A program made the position numbers and the translations under genes. A DNA stretch of 32,000 nt from Pseudoalteromonas translucida KMM 520 (GTDB taxonomy: Bacteria > Pseudomonadota > Gammaproteobacteria > Enterobacterales > Alteromonadaceae): positions 1,710,001 through 1,742,000 of the forward strand of contig NZ_CP011034.1 of NCBI RefSeq assembly GCF_001465295.1, given 5' to 3'. A model generated the notes under the pieces. That model was given only the letters and a program-made list of their open reading frames with translations. It ran no database searches and had not been told where the DNA came from. This document shows positions 20,427 through 29,017 of the stretch, one piece after another. The stretch's first letter is position 1, and each line of letters starts with the position of its first letter.

Positions 20427-20810
20427 TTATTCAATGAGCTCTAAACGCTTCATTACTGTATCTACTTTTTGTACATTAAATGGTTTTGCTATAACCCCTT
20501 TAGCACCAAGTTCCCACGTGTTTTCTACATTTTCGAAACTGTTATGGCCAAAACAAATAACAACATGAATATGCGGATAGCGATTATTTATATAAGTTAA
20601 AATATCGCTACCTTCAGAATCAGGTATTTCGACATCTAAAAATATAACCTTTGGGGATTTTTCGCTAAGCAGCGGTTTTGCACAATCAAAATCTTCACAC
20701 TCAAGAATGTCTTCATAACCAAGATCCGTTAAAATTTGGTTTAGATAGTCGCGACTGCTTTTTGTATCATCAATGATTAAAATAGGTTCTAGTGGATGCA
20801 CAAATTCCAT
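20427..20810 (-). CDS. Single-domain response regulator (CheY-like receiver)
   Basis: 127 aa. It has an acidic pocket (ILIIDDT), a phospho-acceptor context (VIFLDVEIPD) and the conserved Lys (VIAKPF). There is no output domain. Confidence 0.8.
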   Translation of the reverse strand: MEFVHPLEPILIIDDTKSSRDYLNQILTDLGYEDILECEDFDCAKPLLSEKSPKVIFLDVEIPDSEGSDILTYINNRYPHIHVVICFGHNSFENVENTWELGAKGVIAKPFNVQKVDTVMKRLELIE

Positions 20811-21239
20811 ATGTTGGTTACTTCTATAGTTAATACCATTTGAGTACTTTCAATACTAAGCTAACCACCTCATAAGCTCAAGATAGTAACTAAAAAACAA
20901 TCATTAATAACTAATTTAAATAATTTTTAGCTACTTTGACGTTTTAGTAAGCAAGCAACGCGCATTACTTATCCTTTAATATTATAAAAAATTATGTTGA
21001 TAGCGTTTAACGCTAAATTCAAACCAACATGAGTTAACAAACCCCGCACTTTAACTTGCTGATATTATAGACTTATTTTGATTTCAAAAATAAATGTGAA
21101 CTTTTTGTTATTAAAAATGTTGACGCACAGAGTTCTTGCTGGGATTGTGACCACGCAAAGGGCTTATGCTCAAGCGGTGGGTTGGTACTGTACATTTAGA
21201 GCCAAACACAGGAACTTATACAACAAAAGAAGCATATTT

Positions 21240-21983
21240 ATGAAAACCAAACATGTATTAACACTCGCGGCCGCAATAGCAACTTATAGTAGCCAGGTGC
21301 ACAGCAATGATTTTAATTTAGGGTTAGAATTTAAAACAAATCATTTATGGCATGGCTCAATTGTAACGCCAGGTCCAATGGTTGCAGGTGAATTAACTTA
21401 TAAAACGCAGGATAATAAAACAACCCTAGGTTTATGGGGTGGGTCATCTTTTGATGGAGAGTATCAGGAGTTTACTTATTTTGCTTCTTATAAATTTTCA
21501 AAGCAGCTGTTCATTGAAATTGTAAATCATGGTAACCATTCATCAATTAACAATGTAGATATTTTTAACTATTCCAGCGATCCAGATAAAACTGGAAACT
21601 TTATTGATATCGGTCTTGGTTATACCTTTGCAGGCGAAATGCCATTATCACTTTACTACTCTGTAATAGTTCAAGGCATAGATACCTATTTAGATGAAAG
21701 TTCAGGAAAATATAAACAAGCTTACACTAACTATCTTGAAGCTAGCATGCCCGTGTGGAAGGGTAATGAATTAGATGAGCAAGTATCTGTATTTATTGGT
21801 GGTGCTTTTTCTTTTTTAGATCAGCAAAACTTTTATGACGATAACGCCAATATAGTTAACTTAGGTTTTACTTACTCCAAGAGCTTACAAATATTAGAGT
21901 ATAATTTTCCTATATCGGCAACAGCTATGTGGAACCCCGCGCAAAATAAAGGTGCATTACAGGTCGCATTTACGTTTTTATAA
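21240..21983 (+). CDS. Secreted / outer-membrane-like hypothetical protein
   Basis: The track ORF starts at TTG 21078, but a clean signal peptide (MKTKHVLTLAAAIATYSSQVHS) begins at in-frame ATG 21240. The body is Tyr/Gly/Asn-rich and beta-strand-like, and ends ...ALQVAFTFL (aromatic C-terminus). Confidence 0.6.
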   Translation: MKTKHVLTLAAAIATYSSQVHSNDFNLGLEFKTNHLWHGSIVTPGPMVAGELTYKTQDNKTTLGLWGGSSFDGEYQEFTYFASYKFSKQLFIEIVNHGNHSSINNVDIFNYSSDPDKTGNFIDIGLGYTFAGEMPLSLYYSVIVQGIDTYLDESSGKYKQAYTNYLEASMPVWKGNELDEQVSVFIGGAFSFLDQQNFYDDNANIVNLGFTYSKSLQILEYNFPISATAMWNPAQNKGALQVAFTFL

Positions 21984-22234
21984 TTTTTATAGCTGTTACC
22001 AAATTTTATTGACCACTACACATCGACTTATCCGTAATGGAACAATATGCAGTGTGCAAGATATAGCGTTAATTTAATTTCTATTAGTGCAATAACATGA
22101 AAATTCGACACTTTTATTCAATGAATGGTATATTTAGAGGGCTAATAACAATTAAATAATTCGTTCAATTAACAAAAATATTTTGCTGTTAATTAATTTT
22201 AATAGTCTATTTATTTTGATTTTAAGAGGTTTCA

Positions 22235-23194
22235 GTGGCCAAGCTATCTAATACAGAAATTAGAAAACTCGATGATGCAGCAAGAGCAGGGTGGTTGTAT
22301 TATGTTGCAGGTAAAACTCAAGAAGAAATAGCTAAAAAACTTAATACCTCACGCCAGTCGGCACAAAGAATGGTAGCGCTATCTGTTAGCCAAGGATTAA
22401 TAAAAGTAAGGCTCGATCATCCTATTGCTAAATGTATGGATTTGGCTGAACAAATTAAAACGCGTTTTGGTTTGATCTCTTGTGATGTAGTGCCTAGTGA
22501 TCCATCAGAGCCTTCATCTACATTGGGTTTGGCACAAGCTGGTGCGGCTGAAATAGAACGCCATTTAAAATCACCACAACCAAAAGTAATTGCAATGGGA
22601 ACCGGGCGAGTTTTACGTGCGTGCGTAGATGAACTGCGAACACAAGATTGCCAACAACATAAAATAGTAGCCATGTTAGGCAATATGGCATTAGACGGAT
22701 CGGCATCGCCATACGATGTAGTAGTTAGAATGGCCGAGCATATAAATGCCAAACATTACCCAATGCCATTACCAGTTTTGCCACGCACCATTGAGGAAAA
22801 GCAGCTACTGCATTCACAGCAAAACGTTGCTAGCAATTTAAAGTTGGCCACTAATGCAGATGTTACATTTGTAGGCGTAGGTAATTTAGGATTAAATTCG
22901 CCACTTCATAAAGACGGTTTTGTTAGCCTTGACGAACTCCAAGAGTTACAACAACAAGGTGCTGTTGGGGAAATGATAAGTTGGGTGTTTGATAAAAACG
23001 GTAAGTTATTAGATTGTAATGTTAATCAACGAGTAGCAAGTACGCCATTAAAAATTAATTCTGGAAAACAAATTTTTGCTATAGCTGCCGGAGAAGAAAA
23101 AGTGTTAGCCATTTTAGGTGCGCTAAGATCTAAAATGATTAGTGGGCTTATTACTAACGAATGCACGGCCGAGCGCTTACTCAGTATTGAGTAA
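22235..23194 (+). CDS. SorC/DeoR-type sugar-binding transcriptional regulator
   Basis: GTG start with AAGAGG 5 nt upstream. N-terminal HTH (AARAGWLYYVAGKTQEEIAKKLNTSRQSAQRMV), then a SorC-like sugar-binding domain (IAMGTGRVL, VAMLGNM, FVGVGN, IFAIAAGEEK). Confidence 0.8.
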   Translation: MAKLSNTEIRKLDDAARAGWLYYVAGKTQEEIAKKLNTSRQSAQRMVALSVSQGLIKVRLDHPIAKCMDLAEQIKTRFGLISCDVVPSDPSEPSSTLGLAQAGAAEIERHLKSPQPKVIAMGTGRVLRACVDELRTQDCQQHKIVAMLGNMALDGSASPYDVVVRMAEHINAKHYPMPLPVLPRTIEEKQLLHSQQNVASNLKLATNADVTFVGVGNLGLNSPLHKDGFVSLDELQELQQQGAVGEMISWVFDKNGKLLDCNVNQRVASTPLKINSGKQIFAIAAGEEKVLAILGALRSKMISGLITNECTAERLLSIE

Positions 23195-23312
23195 CTTATA
23201 TTTAAATGAAAACCTGAAATATAAAATTCCATGCATTAAATAATATTAAAGAGCATTAATTGAATTTAAAGGTTAAGCTGAGAATATCTAACCTTAGATA
23301 AAAACCTTCATT

Positions 23313-23340
23313 ATGTCCGATACCGTCTAGTATTGGACAT
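23313..23340. repeat. 11-6-11 imperfect inverted repeat; candidate recombinase core-type site
   Basis: ATGTCCGATAC (23313-23323), CGTCTA (spacer), GTATTGGACAT (23330-23340). The arms match at 10 of 11 positions. It lies 119 nt after the SorC stop and 233 nt before the first recombinase gene. Confidence 0.4.
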
Positions 23341-23383
23341 TAGGTGCGTGATAAGGAGTGTTATATATATCCTTATTTAACCA

Positions 23384-23398
23384 CACATGACTACCTAT
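23384..23398 (+). repeat. Direct repeat copy 1 (CA[C/T]ATGACTAC[C/T]TAT)
   Basis: CACATGACTACCTAT. It matches 23478-23492 at 13 of 15 positions, 94 bp apart, upstream of the first recombinase gene. Confidence 0.35.
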
Positions 23399-23477
23399 AA
23401 TTTATATTATGTTAAAAACAATATGATTCCTATTTAATACATATAGCTTAGTTCAATATAAACAATTCCCACAAAAT

Positions 23478-23492
23478 CATATGACTACTTAT
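23478..23492 (+). repeat. Direct repeat copy 2 (CA[C/T]ATGACTAC[C/T]TAT)
   Basis: CATATGACTACTTAT. See copy 1. Confidence 0.35.
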
Positions 23493-23572
23493 TTCCTCTA
23501 TTTTCTTGTGCTTCATAATCTTTGAGTCTAAGTTTATACACATATGTATGATTCTTCTAAGCCGCTGGTAAC

Positions 23573-24952
23573 ATGTACAAAGTAATTAACTGTAGCAATA
23601 GGTATTATTGTTTGCTGGATCGTCTAACAACATTGCCTGTGCTTTTAGCGTTAAGATATACAGAATCACAACTAATTATAAAATCACTAAACTATCAGAA
23701 GTACGAACTTGAATCTGTGAAAGCTTTTTATGAGTTTTGGTACGCAAAGCATAGAGTGACTCTCGACTATTCTTTTTACATTAGTGAGTATCAAGATATT
23801 TTGATGTTAGTTCAGGAAATTGAACCCTTCTTGGAGTGGCTATTAAGTGGTCGTGAATTCAATAACATAGTACAGCTAACTGAGAATAATTCTGTAAATA
23901 TGAGAACAGCCTCAGGCCGAGTAGCTTCAATTTGTCGATTCATTAATTTTTTGAACAAAACCTACATAACTACTTACTACAGTAATTTGCCTTTGCCTGA
24001 TATTTCAAATATTCAACAGTTGGTTTTAATACAACTCGATGGAATAAAGAAAAAATGCAATATATTTACAAAAAGCAGCTGCAAGCAACAACAAATTCGT
24101 AGTTTGACTAAAGAACAATTTAATGACTATACGGCTATTTTTGTTCCAGATAAAATTTCACTAAGAAACAACCAAATTAACCACTACGAAGTTATAACCC
24201 CCAACCCGCTTAATCCTATGACCTCATATGATATTCAACTTCGAAACTATCTAATAATGGTGTTAATGAGTGTATACGGCTTACGAGTAGGAGAAGTTTT
24301 GCTACTTCATAGGCTTTCATTTAAACATTATCGCAGTGATGAAACTAAAGTGTTAATGCTCGTTCGTAACATAGAAGATGAAGTTGATGAAGTAGAAGAT
24401 GTCCGTTTATACAAACCAGGTTTAAAAAGCGAATCATCGATCAGAATGCTCGATATCAGTAGCAAGCACTTCCGTTACATCAAAACATACATTGATATAT
24501 TTAGGCCATTGAAATGTGAGCATGATTACATATTCGTTTCACACAAAACACCATATCAGCCACTTTCATATAGCACTGTGGCAACTGAATTTGCAAGATA
24601 CTCTGAGTCATTTAAGAAGAATTTTAAACATCATTTTGATCCGCAATACAGTGAATCAATTCATGGTAACGTGAGCCCGCATTGGCTCAGGCATACTTGG
24701 GCTTATAATCAGTTAAGAGTGCAATTTTCAATGAATGAGTCACGATTTACTCATGATGGTATCGTTAGCATAAAAGGCATTATGGAAGACGCGATAGATT
24801 CTCTTCGAGTATTAGGTGGATGGGCACCTAATTCATGTATGCCTCATCGATATGCAAAACGATTTATTCATGAGCAGGCAAATAAAACATTATTGTCGGT
24901 ATTAACCTATGATACTAATTCACAGAAAATAGAGGTTGATGAAAATGACTAA
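23573..24952 (+). CDS. Tyrosine recombinase 1 of 3 (ginA-like position)
   Basis: 459 aa. It has the box I Arg in YGLRVGEV (R238, 24284-24286), HWLRH (24680-24694; H370/R373), LGGW, and a candidate nucleophile Tyr in PHRYAKRF (Y427, 24851-24853). Confidence 0.85.
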   Translation: MYKVINCSNRYYCLLDRLTTLPVLLALRYTESQLIIKSLNYQKYELESVKAFYEFWYAKHRVTLDYSFYISEYQDILMLVQEIEPFLEWLLSGREFNNIVQLTENNSVNMRTASGRVASICRFINFLNKTYITTYYSNLPLPDISNIQQLVLIQLDGIKKKCNIFTKSSCKQQQIRSLTKEQFNDYTAIFVPDKISLRNNQINHYEVITPNPLNPMTSYDIQLRNYLIMVLMSVYGLRVGEVLLLHRLSFKHYRSDETKVLMLVRNIEDEVDEVEDVRLYKPGLKSESSIRMLDISSKHFRYIKTYIDIFRPLKCEHDYIFVSHKTPYQPLSYSTVATEFARYSESFKKNFKHHFDPQYSESIHGNVSPHWLRHTWAYNQLRVQFSMNESRFTHDGIVSIKGIMEDAIDSLRVLGGWAPNSCMPHRYAKRFIHEQANKTLLSVLTYDTNSQKIEVDEND

Positions 24953-26492
24953 TGTATCTCATAGAATGTCTGTGGGCCCTCTGCCCCCCCTACTCCATGA
25001 TGAGCAAAAAGCATTTATTAAACTGCTTAATATCCCCTTAATAATGAAGATACCCTCCAATTCAAAATTTGACCAAAAATTTGTTCATACCACAGGTGAA
25101 CGTTGGGAGTTTAAACGTTTGGGTGTAAAGCACGTTTATATATTCAACATTGGATGTATATACCTTAATAAATTGCTTAAGTACGTGACAATCAAATATG
25201 CCTATGAGCATTCGGCACCTTTGACAGATACATTGTTTCATTGTGTCAGAAGGTTTTTAAGTTCAAGTGAGCTAAATGACAATGCTAGTTTAAATAATTT
25301 AGAAAAAGAGGCTATGTGTAATAATGCAGATGTACAGGCGCACTACGTAGTAAAATCGGTCATTAGGTCACTTTTTCGTATCGGATTTCCAGGGTTTGAA
25401 ATCAATCATTATCAAAAATTGAACTTTTTAAAAACGCCCGCGCAAGTCAATAATTTTTTGAAATATGAAGATATTGAGAATATCATGCCGTCTCATTTAA
25501 AATACCTCATAGTCAGAAGATTAGCGGAGTTTAGTACCAAAGAGGGGCTTGTATCATTATCCAATAACGAATTGAAATGCTTAGTAATTTTAGGGTTATG
25601 TTATTCCACAGGGATGCGTTCATCACAGTTTTCTATGTTGCATGGATCTTCGGTGTTAATGGTTTCACATAATAAATCATCTGGTCTTGCTAGGTATGAA
25701 ATTTTAATGCCGATAGCTAAGCAGCAAAAAATAACAGGCGACTTATCCCGTGTAGCAATTCCATATGAGGTAGGTCGGTTAGTAGATGAATATAAAACGA
25801 GAAATGCTATCGGTGAAGGTGACCAACTTTTTGTCTCCGTAACTAGCGACTTATCGCCTGAATTACATAGATTATTAAACGAAGCATTAAAGTTTATTCA
25901 ATCTGACGAGTTTAAGGCCGATTTAGCAAAAAATAAAGTGTTTCCTCCTCGTATAACTATATACGATTTTCGCCATAATATCGGACATTCAATGGCAATG
26001 CGAGGCGCTAGTGCTGAGGAAATTGCCCATATCCTTGGGCATACTAGCATAGTCGCTGCGAAGCACTATATTTCGGCGACACCTGAATTAGCGCTATTAA
26101 AACATAAAGCGCTTGGCAGTAACCCTATTTGGCTGAAAATGATTGGCTTGATGATGTCAGGCTATTCTGTTGAAGAGAATGACTGGTCTGGCAAAGTAGT
26201 TAATGGAGTCTTAGGCAGTAAACTCGTACTAAAAGTAGGAGGTTGTGAACGTAAGCAGGAGCAATGTCACTTATCCAAAGTGCGTTCCTGTTACGGTTGT
26301 TTTTACTTTCGTCCATTTACTGATTTGGAAAAACACAAGGAAGTTTTAAATATCATTACTAACGAACTTATTAATCAGATTGAAGTCTCCCAAATATCAG
26401 GGAATCATGTAAATCCATTGATCGATACAGTGACCTGCACCAAACACGAAGTTCAAATGGTTATTAATAGAATTTCTGGTGGACTCTTATGA
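24945..26492 (+). CDS. Tyrosine recombinase 2 of 3 (ginB-like position)
   Basis: The track ORF starts at TTG 24936. AGAGG (24931-24935) sits 9 nt before ATG 24945, which is preferred and overlaps the upstream stop as ATGACTAA. In track numbering: STGMRSSQ (R228, 25617-25619), YDFRHNIGH (R346, 25971-25973), ILGHTSIVAAKHY (Y378, 26067-26069). There is a C-terminal 4-Cys cluster at 26244-26300. Confidence 0.85.
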   Translation: MTNVSHRMSVGPLPPLLHDEQKAFIKLLNIPLIMKIPSNSKFDQKFVHTTGERWEFKRLGVKHVYIFNIGCIYLNKLLKYVTIKYAYEHSAPLTDTLFHCVRRFLSSSELNDNASLNNLEKEAMCNNADVQAHYVVKSVIRSLFRIGFPGFEINHYQKLNFLKTPAQVNNFLKYEDIENIMPSHLKYLIVRRLAEFSTKEGLVSLSNNELKCLVILGLCYSTGMRSSQFSMLHGSSVLMVSHNKSSGLARYEILMPIAKQQKITGDLSRVAIPYEVGRLVDEYKTRNAIGEGDQLFVSVTSDLSPELHRLLNEALKFIQSDEFKADLAKNKVFPPRITIYDFRHNIGHSMAMRGASAEEIAHILGHTSIVAAKHYISATPELALLKHKALGSNPIWLKMIGLMMSGYSVEENDWSGKVVNGVLGSKLVLKVGGCERKQEQCHLSKVRSCYGCFYFRPFTDLEKHKEVLNIITNELINQIEVSQISGNHVNPLIDTVTCTKHEVQMVINRISGGLL

Positions 26493-28909
26493 CTTTACAA
26501 CAAGAAAACCTTCAACTGTTAATAAGTCAGAGCAAAGCTTATTTCGAATCAGTCCTTGCTAAAGAGGCAAAATTAAAGTGGGAGGACAATAGATGGTTAT
26601 TTAATGCGTCACAAACAGGTTTCCTTATTAACCGCAAAAGGGAGAATATCGCATATGATTGCATAAACCTAGCCTATTTCAAAGGCATCCTGAAACAGGG
26701 AGAGTATTTTTCTTCACCCACAATCTTGGTTGAAAATGAATACATTGTATTTATGAAAGCTTATATTGTGAATCTGATGTCAAAGTCTTCTAACAAGCTA
26801 TCTTGTTCCACTTTAAAGACAAGACAATTGTTGCTCAAGCGTATTTATATTCGAATGCTACAAAATAATATCCCACCGTTTGCGACCAACATTACCAGTG
26901 AAGTGATTCAGGAAACGGTTGATATTTTAGTACGGATACGAAAAAATCAATCTAATGCCGCAGATGACTATACTCAAATGAACACAGTGGTTCAATGGTT
27001 AAATCATTTCCAGATAACGAGTGCTCCATTAGAGCTCAAAATAAATGTTACTGCCCCACCGCGAAATACCACTGAACGTGTGAGAAAAGATAAAGCTAAA
27101 TCTGGAGTATTAGCAGAATTTGCAGAGTGCTTCGGCGATCAAGATGACAAGCGAAACCTATCGATTCATACATTCTTAAATATTATTGCGCTACGAATTC
27201 TCGTTCGTTCAGACAGTGAAAAAATCATGTTAAATATGGTACTTCTTCTCATTGTCACGGGTATGCGTTTTGGTGAAGTTTATTCGTTGAGGCGTGATGC
27301 ATTGAAGAAACTGAAGGTTGAGGATCCAGATATCATAAAGTTACTCAGGGACCGTAAGCTACCAACATACTATATTGGTATTCAGTATTACGGAGAAAAA
27401 GGAGCTGGTGAGAGAACCCATTGGGTTGAACCTTTGGCCATAGGTATCGTAGAGAGTATATTCCACGACACCTTGGCTATGAGCTGTAGTCTCAGAGAGC
27501 AAGTTATATATGTACGTGAAAATAATTTCAAAACACTCCTTCCAAAGAAATATGATTTTAAATGTACAACATCATCTAAATTAAGTTTAATTAATTTAGA
27601 TGATGTTGTACGAGACATTTACGAGAGCACATCGAAGACAGCTTTAGCAAAAGGATGGTCGTCTATGAGGGAATACGCTAAAGCAAAATTAAAGAAGTTT
27701 GATATCAACCCGATTCGGGTAGAAATTAAAGGAAAAAATAAAACTATACATTATACTTTAGAGGATATAGATAAATATTTGAATTTGTCCCTTCAAGCTG
27801 ACTCGACTATATCTTCAGATTTTATCTTTAGAATGATCGATCATAGAAACAATATAAATTATGAAGTTAAGTATGAAGATATGTTATTTATCGTTCCACT
27901 AGGGAGTAATAAATTAAGTAAAACGGGGTATACAAAACCAATTCCACAGCTCGTTTCAATTAATAATATGATGTCCTTTTTAGGTAGTGGTAATACCAAT
28001 AGCAGTAATTCTATTTTTTCTAAGTACAAACTGATTGATGAATTGGGTCAAACAACATACCTAAATACTCATTTCCCAAGACACGCTATTAATACTTTCT
28101 TTGCTATTGCAGGCGTTGCTGATCATCTTCAGGCTATGTTTATGGGTCGAACCGATATACGTCAAAATGCTTACTATCAACATCTAGCTATACAAGAAAA
28201 AGCGCGTTCGAATCAGTTAATCACTCACAGTAAACCTAGTTCATGTTCACAAAATTCATCAGTTACCAAATCAAGTGGTAGCCTTAATAATGCTTTGCAA
28301 AAAGTTAAAGATACATCCCAAATATCTTTGACAACTAAGTTGCAACCTAACAATGCCTTTAACCAAACCTTGCATACATATACAACTAAACAAGATAGAA
28401 CAGACTTTATAGAGGATATTATTGATAAAACGTCATCTGATATCTTTTCTGAATTTGAAGATATGGACGTTACTGATGTGGTTAAAAAAGACATTATTTC
28501 GACTCACTCAGATCTATATCCACTGTATATTGGGAGTTGTATGAGAAAGTTAACAACGTTTGAATGCCCTTATAACACAAAGTGCCAAGATGGCAGCTAT
28601 TGCCCTTACTTTATTATTACTGGAAGAGAGGATGAGTTTGATAAAATGACAGCGCTAATAAGTGAAATTCACGAGCAAATAACTGTTTTAAATCAATTAA
28701 TTATTTCAAAATATATAGAAGAAAATACCGCAATTGAGCTTATAGAAGAACTTAAAGGTCGACTAAGTAATTTAGACTATCAACTCAGTCAGTCATCAAT
28801 CTTAGAATCTGAGAAATCAAAGGTGAATCTAGCTTCATTTGACGTCTTTAAAAAACCAAAGATGCTATCGGAATTATTCGCGGTTGAGCAAAGAAAGCTT
28901 AAGACTTAA
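26489..28909 (+). CDS. Tyrosine recombinase 3 of 3, large form with a long C-terminal extension (ginC-like position)
   Basis: 806 aa. ATGA start/stop overlap with the upstream gene (26489-26492). VTGMRFGEV (R260, 27266-27268), THFPRHAINT (R531, 28079-28081), MGRTDIRQNAYYQH (Y562/Y563, 28172-28177). A 4-Cys cluster lies at 28538-28603, followed by a coiled-coil-like tail. Confidence 0.85.
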   Translation: MTLQQENLQLLISQSKAYFESVLAKEAKLKWEDNRWLFNASQTGFLINRKRENIAYDCINLAYFKGILKQGEYFSSPTILVENEYIVFMKAYIVNLMSKSSNKLSCSTLKTRQLLLKRIYIRMLQNNIPPFATNITSEVIQETVDILVRIRKNQSNAADDYTQMNTVVQWLNHFQITSAPLELKINVTAPPRNTTERVRKDKAKSGVLAEFAECFGDQDDKRNLSIHTFLNIIALRILVRSDSEKIMLNMVLLLIVTGMRFGEVYSLRRDALKKLKVEDPDIIKLLRDRKLPTYYIGIQYYGEKGAGERTHWVEPLAIGIVESIFHDTLAMSCSLREQVIYVRENNFKTLLPKKYDFKCTTSSKLSLINLDDVVRDIYESTSKTALAKGWSSMREYAKAKLKKFDINPIRVEIKGKNKTIHYTLEDIDKYLNLSLQADSTISSDFIFRMIDHRNNINYEVKYEDMLFIVPLGSNKLSKTGYTKPIPQLVSINNMMSFLGSGNTNSSNSIFSKYKLIDELGQTTYLNTHFPRHAINTFFAIAGVADHLQAMFMGRTDIRQNAYYQHLAIQEKARSNQLITHSKPSSCSQNSSVTKSSGSLNNALQKVKDTSQISLTTKLQPNNAFNQTLHTYTTKQDRTDFIEDIIDKTSSDIFSEFEDMDVTDVVKKDIISTHSDLYPLYIGSCMRKLTTFECPYNTKCQDGSYCPYFIITGREDEFDKMTALISEIHEQITVLNQLIISKYIEENTAIELIEELKGRLSNLDYQLSQSSILESEKSKVNLASFDVFKKPKMLSELFAVEQRKLKT

Positions 28910-29017
28910 ATCTTATTGCGTAGATCCCCTGCTCCACATGAGTTTGTTTTTTGTGATTTAATGACATTAATTTAAACGTCGTAATCGTTAACTAAGTAAC
29001 TATCTGTGAGATTATAT

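Noticed and set aside
21078-21239. TTG-initiated 54-codon N-terminal extension of the 21078..21983 ORF.
   Set aside because: A canonical signal peptide begins at the in-frame ATG 21240. The extension (MISKINVNFLLLKMLTHRVLAGIVTTQRAYAQAVGWYCTF...) looks non-protein-like and coincides with a possibly structured leader.
23269-23295. Hairpin AAGGTTA-N13-TAACCTT downstream of the SorC regulator gene, as its terminator.
   Set aside because: The stem is only 7 bp and AT-rich, the loop is 13 nt, and no U-tract follows. Too weak to call.
23343-23371. dif-like sequence, GGTGCGTGATA-AGGAGTG-TTATATATATC, next to the island junction. The left arm resembles the XerC arm GGTGCGCATAA of E. coli dif as I remember it.
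   Set aside because: The left arm needs an indel. The putative XerD arm matches only about 6 of 11 positions and the spacer length is off. The island also encodes its own recombinases. I treat this as coincidence unless a Xer-site model scores it.
23573-28909. Classifying the trio as a RIT (recombinase-in-trio) element.
   Set aside because: As I recall them, RIT elements are compact, with three similar-sized recombinases bounded by long inverted repeats. Here the sizes are very unequal (459, ~515 and 806 aa), a fourth small gene and large cargo follow, and I see no long terminal inverted repeat in the window. The GInt-type layout fits better. Only a homology search can settle this.
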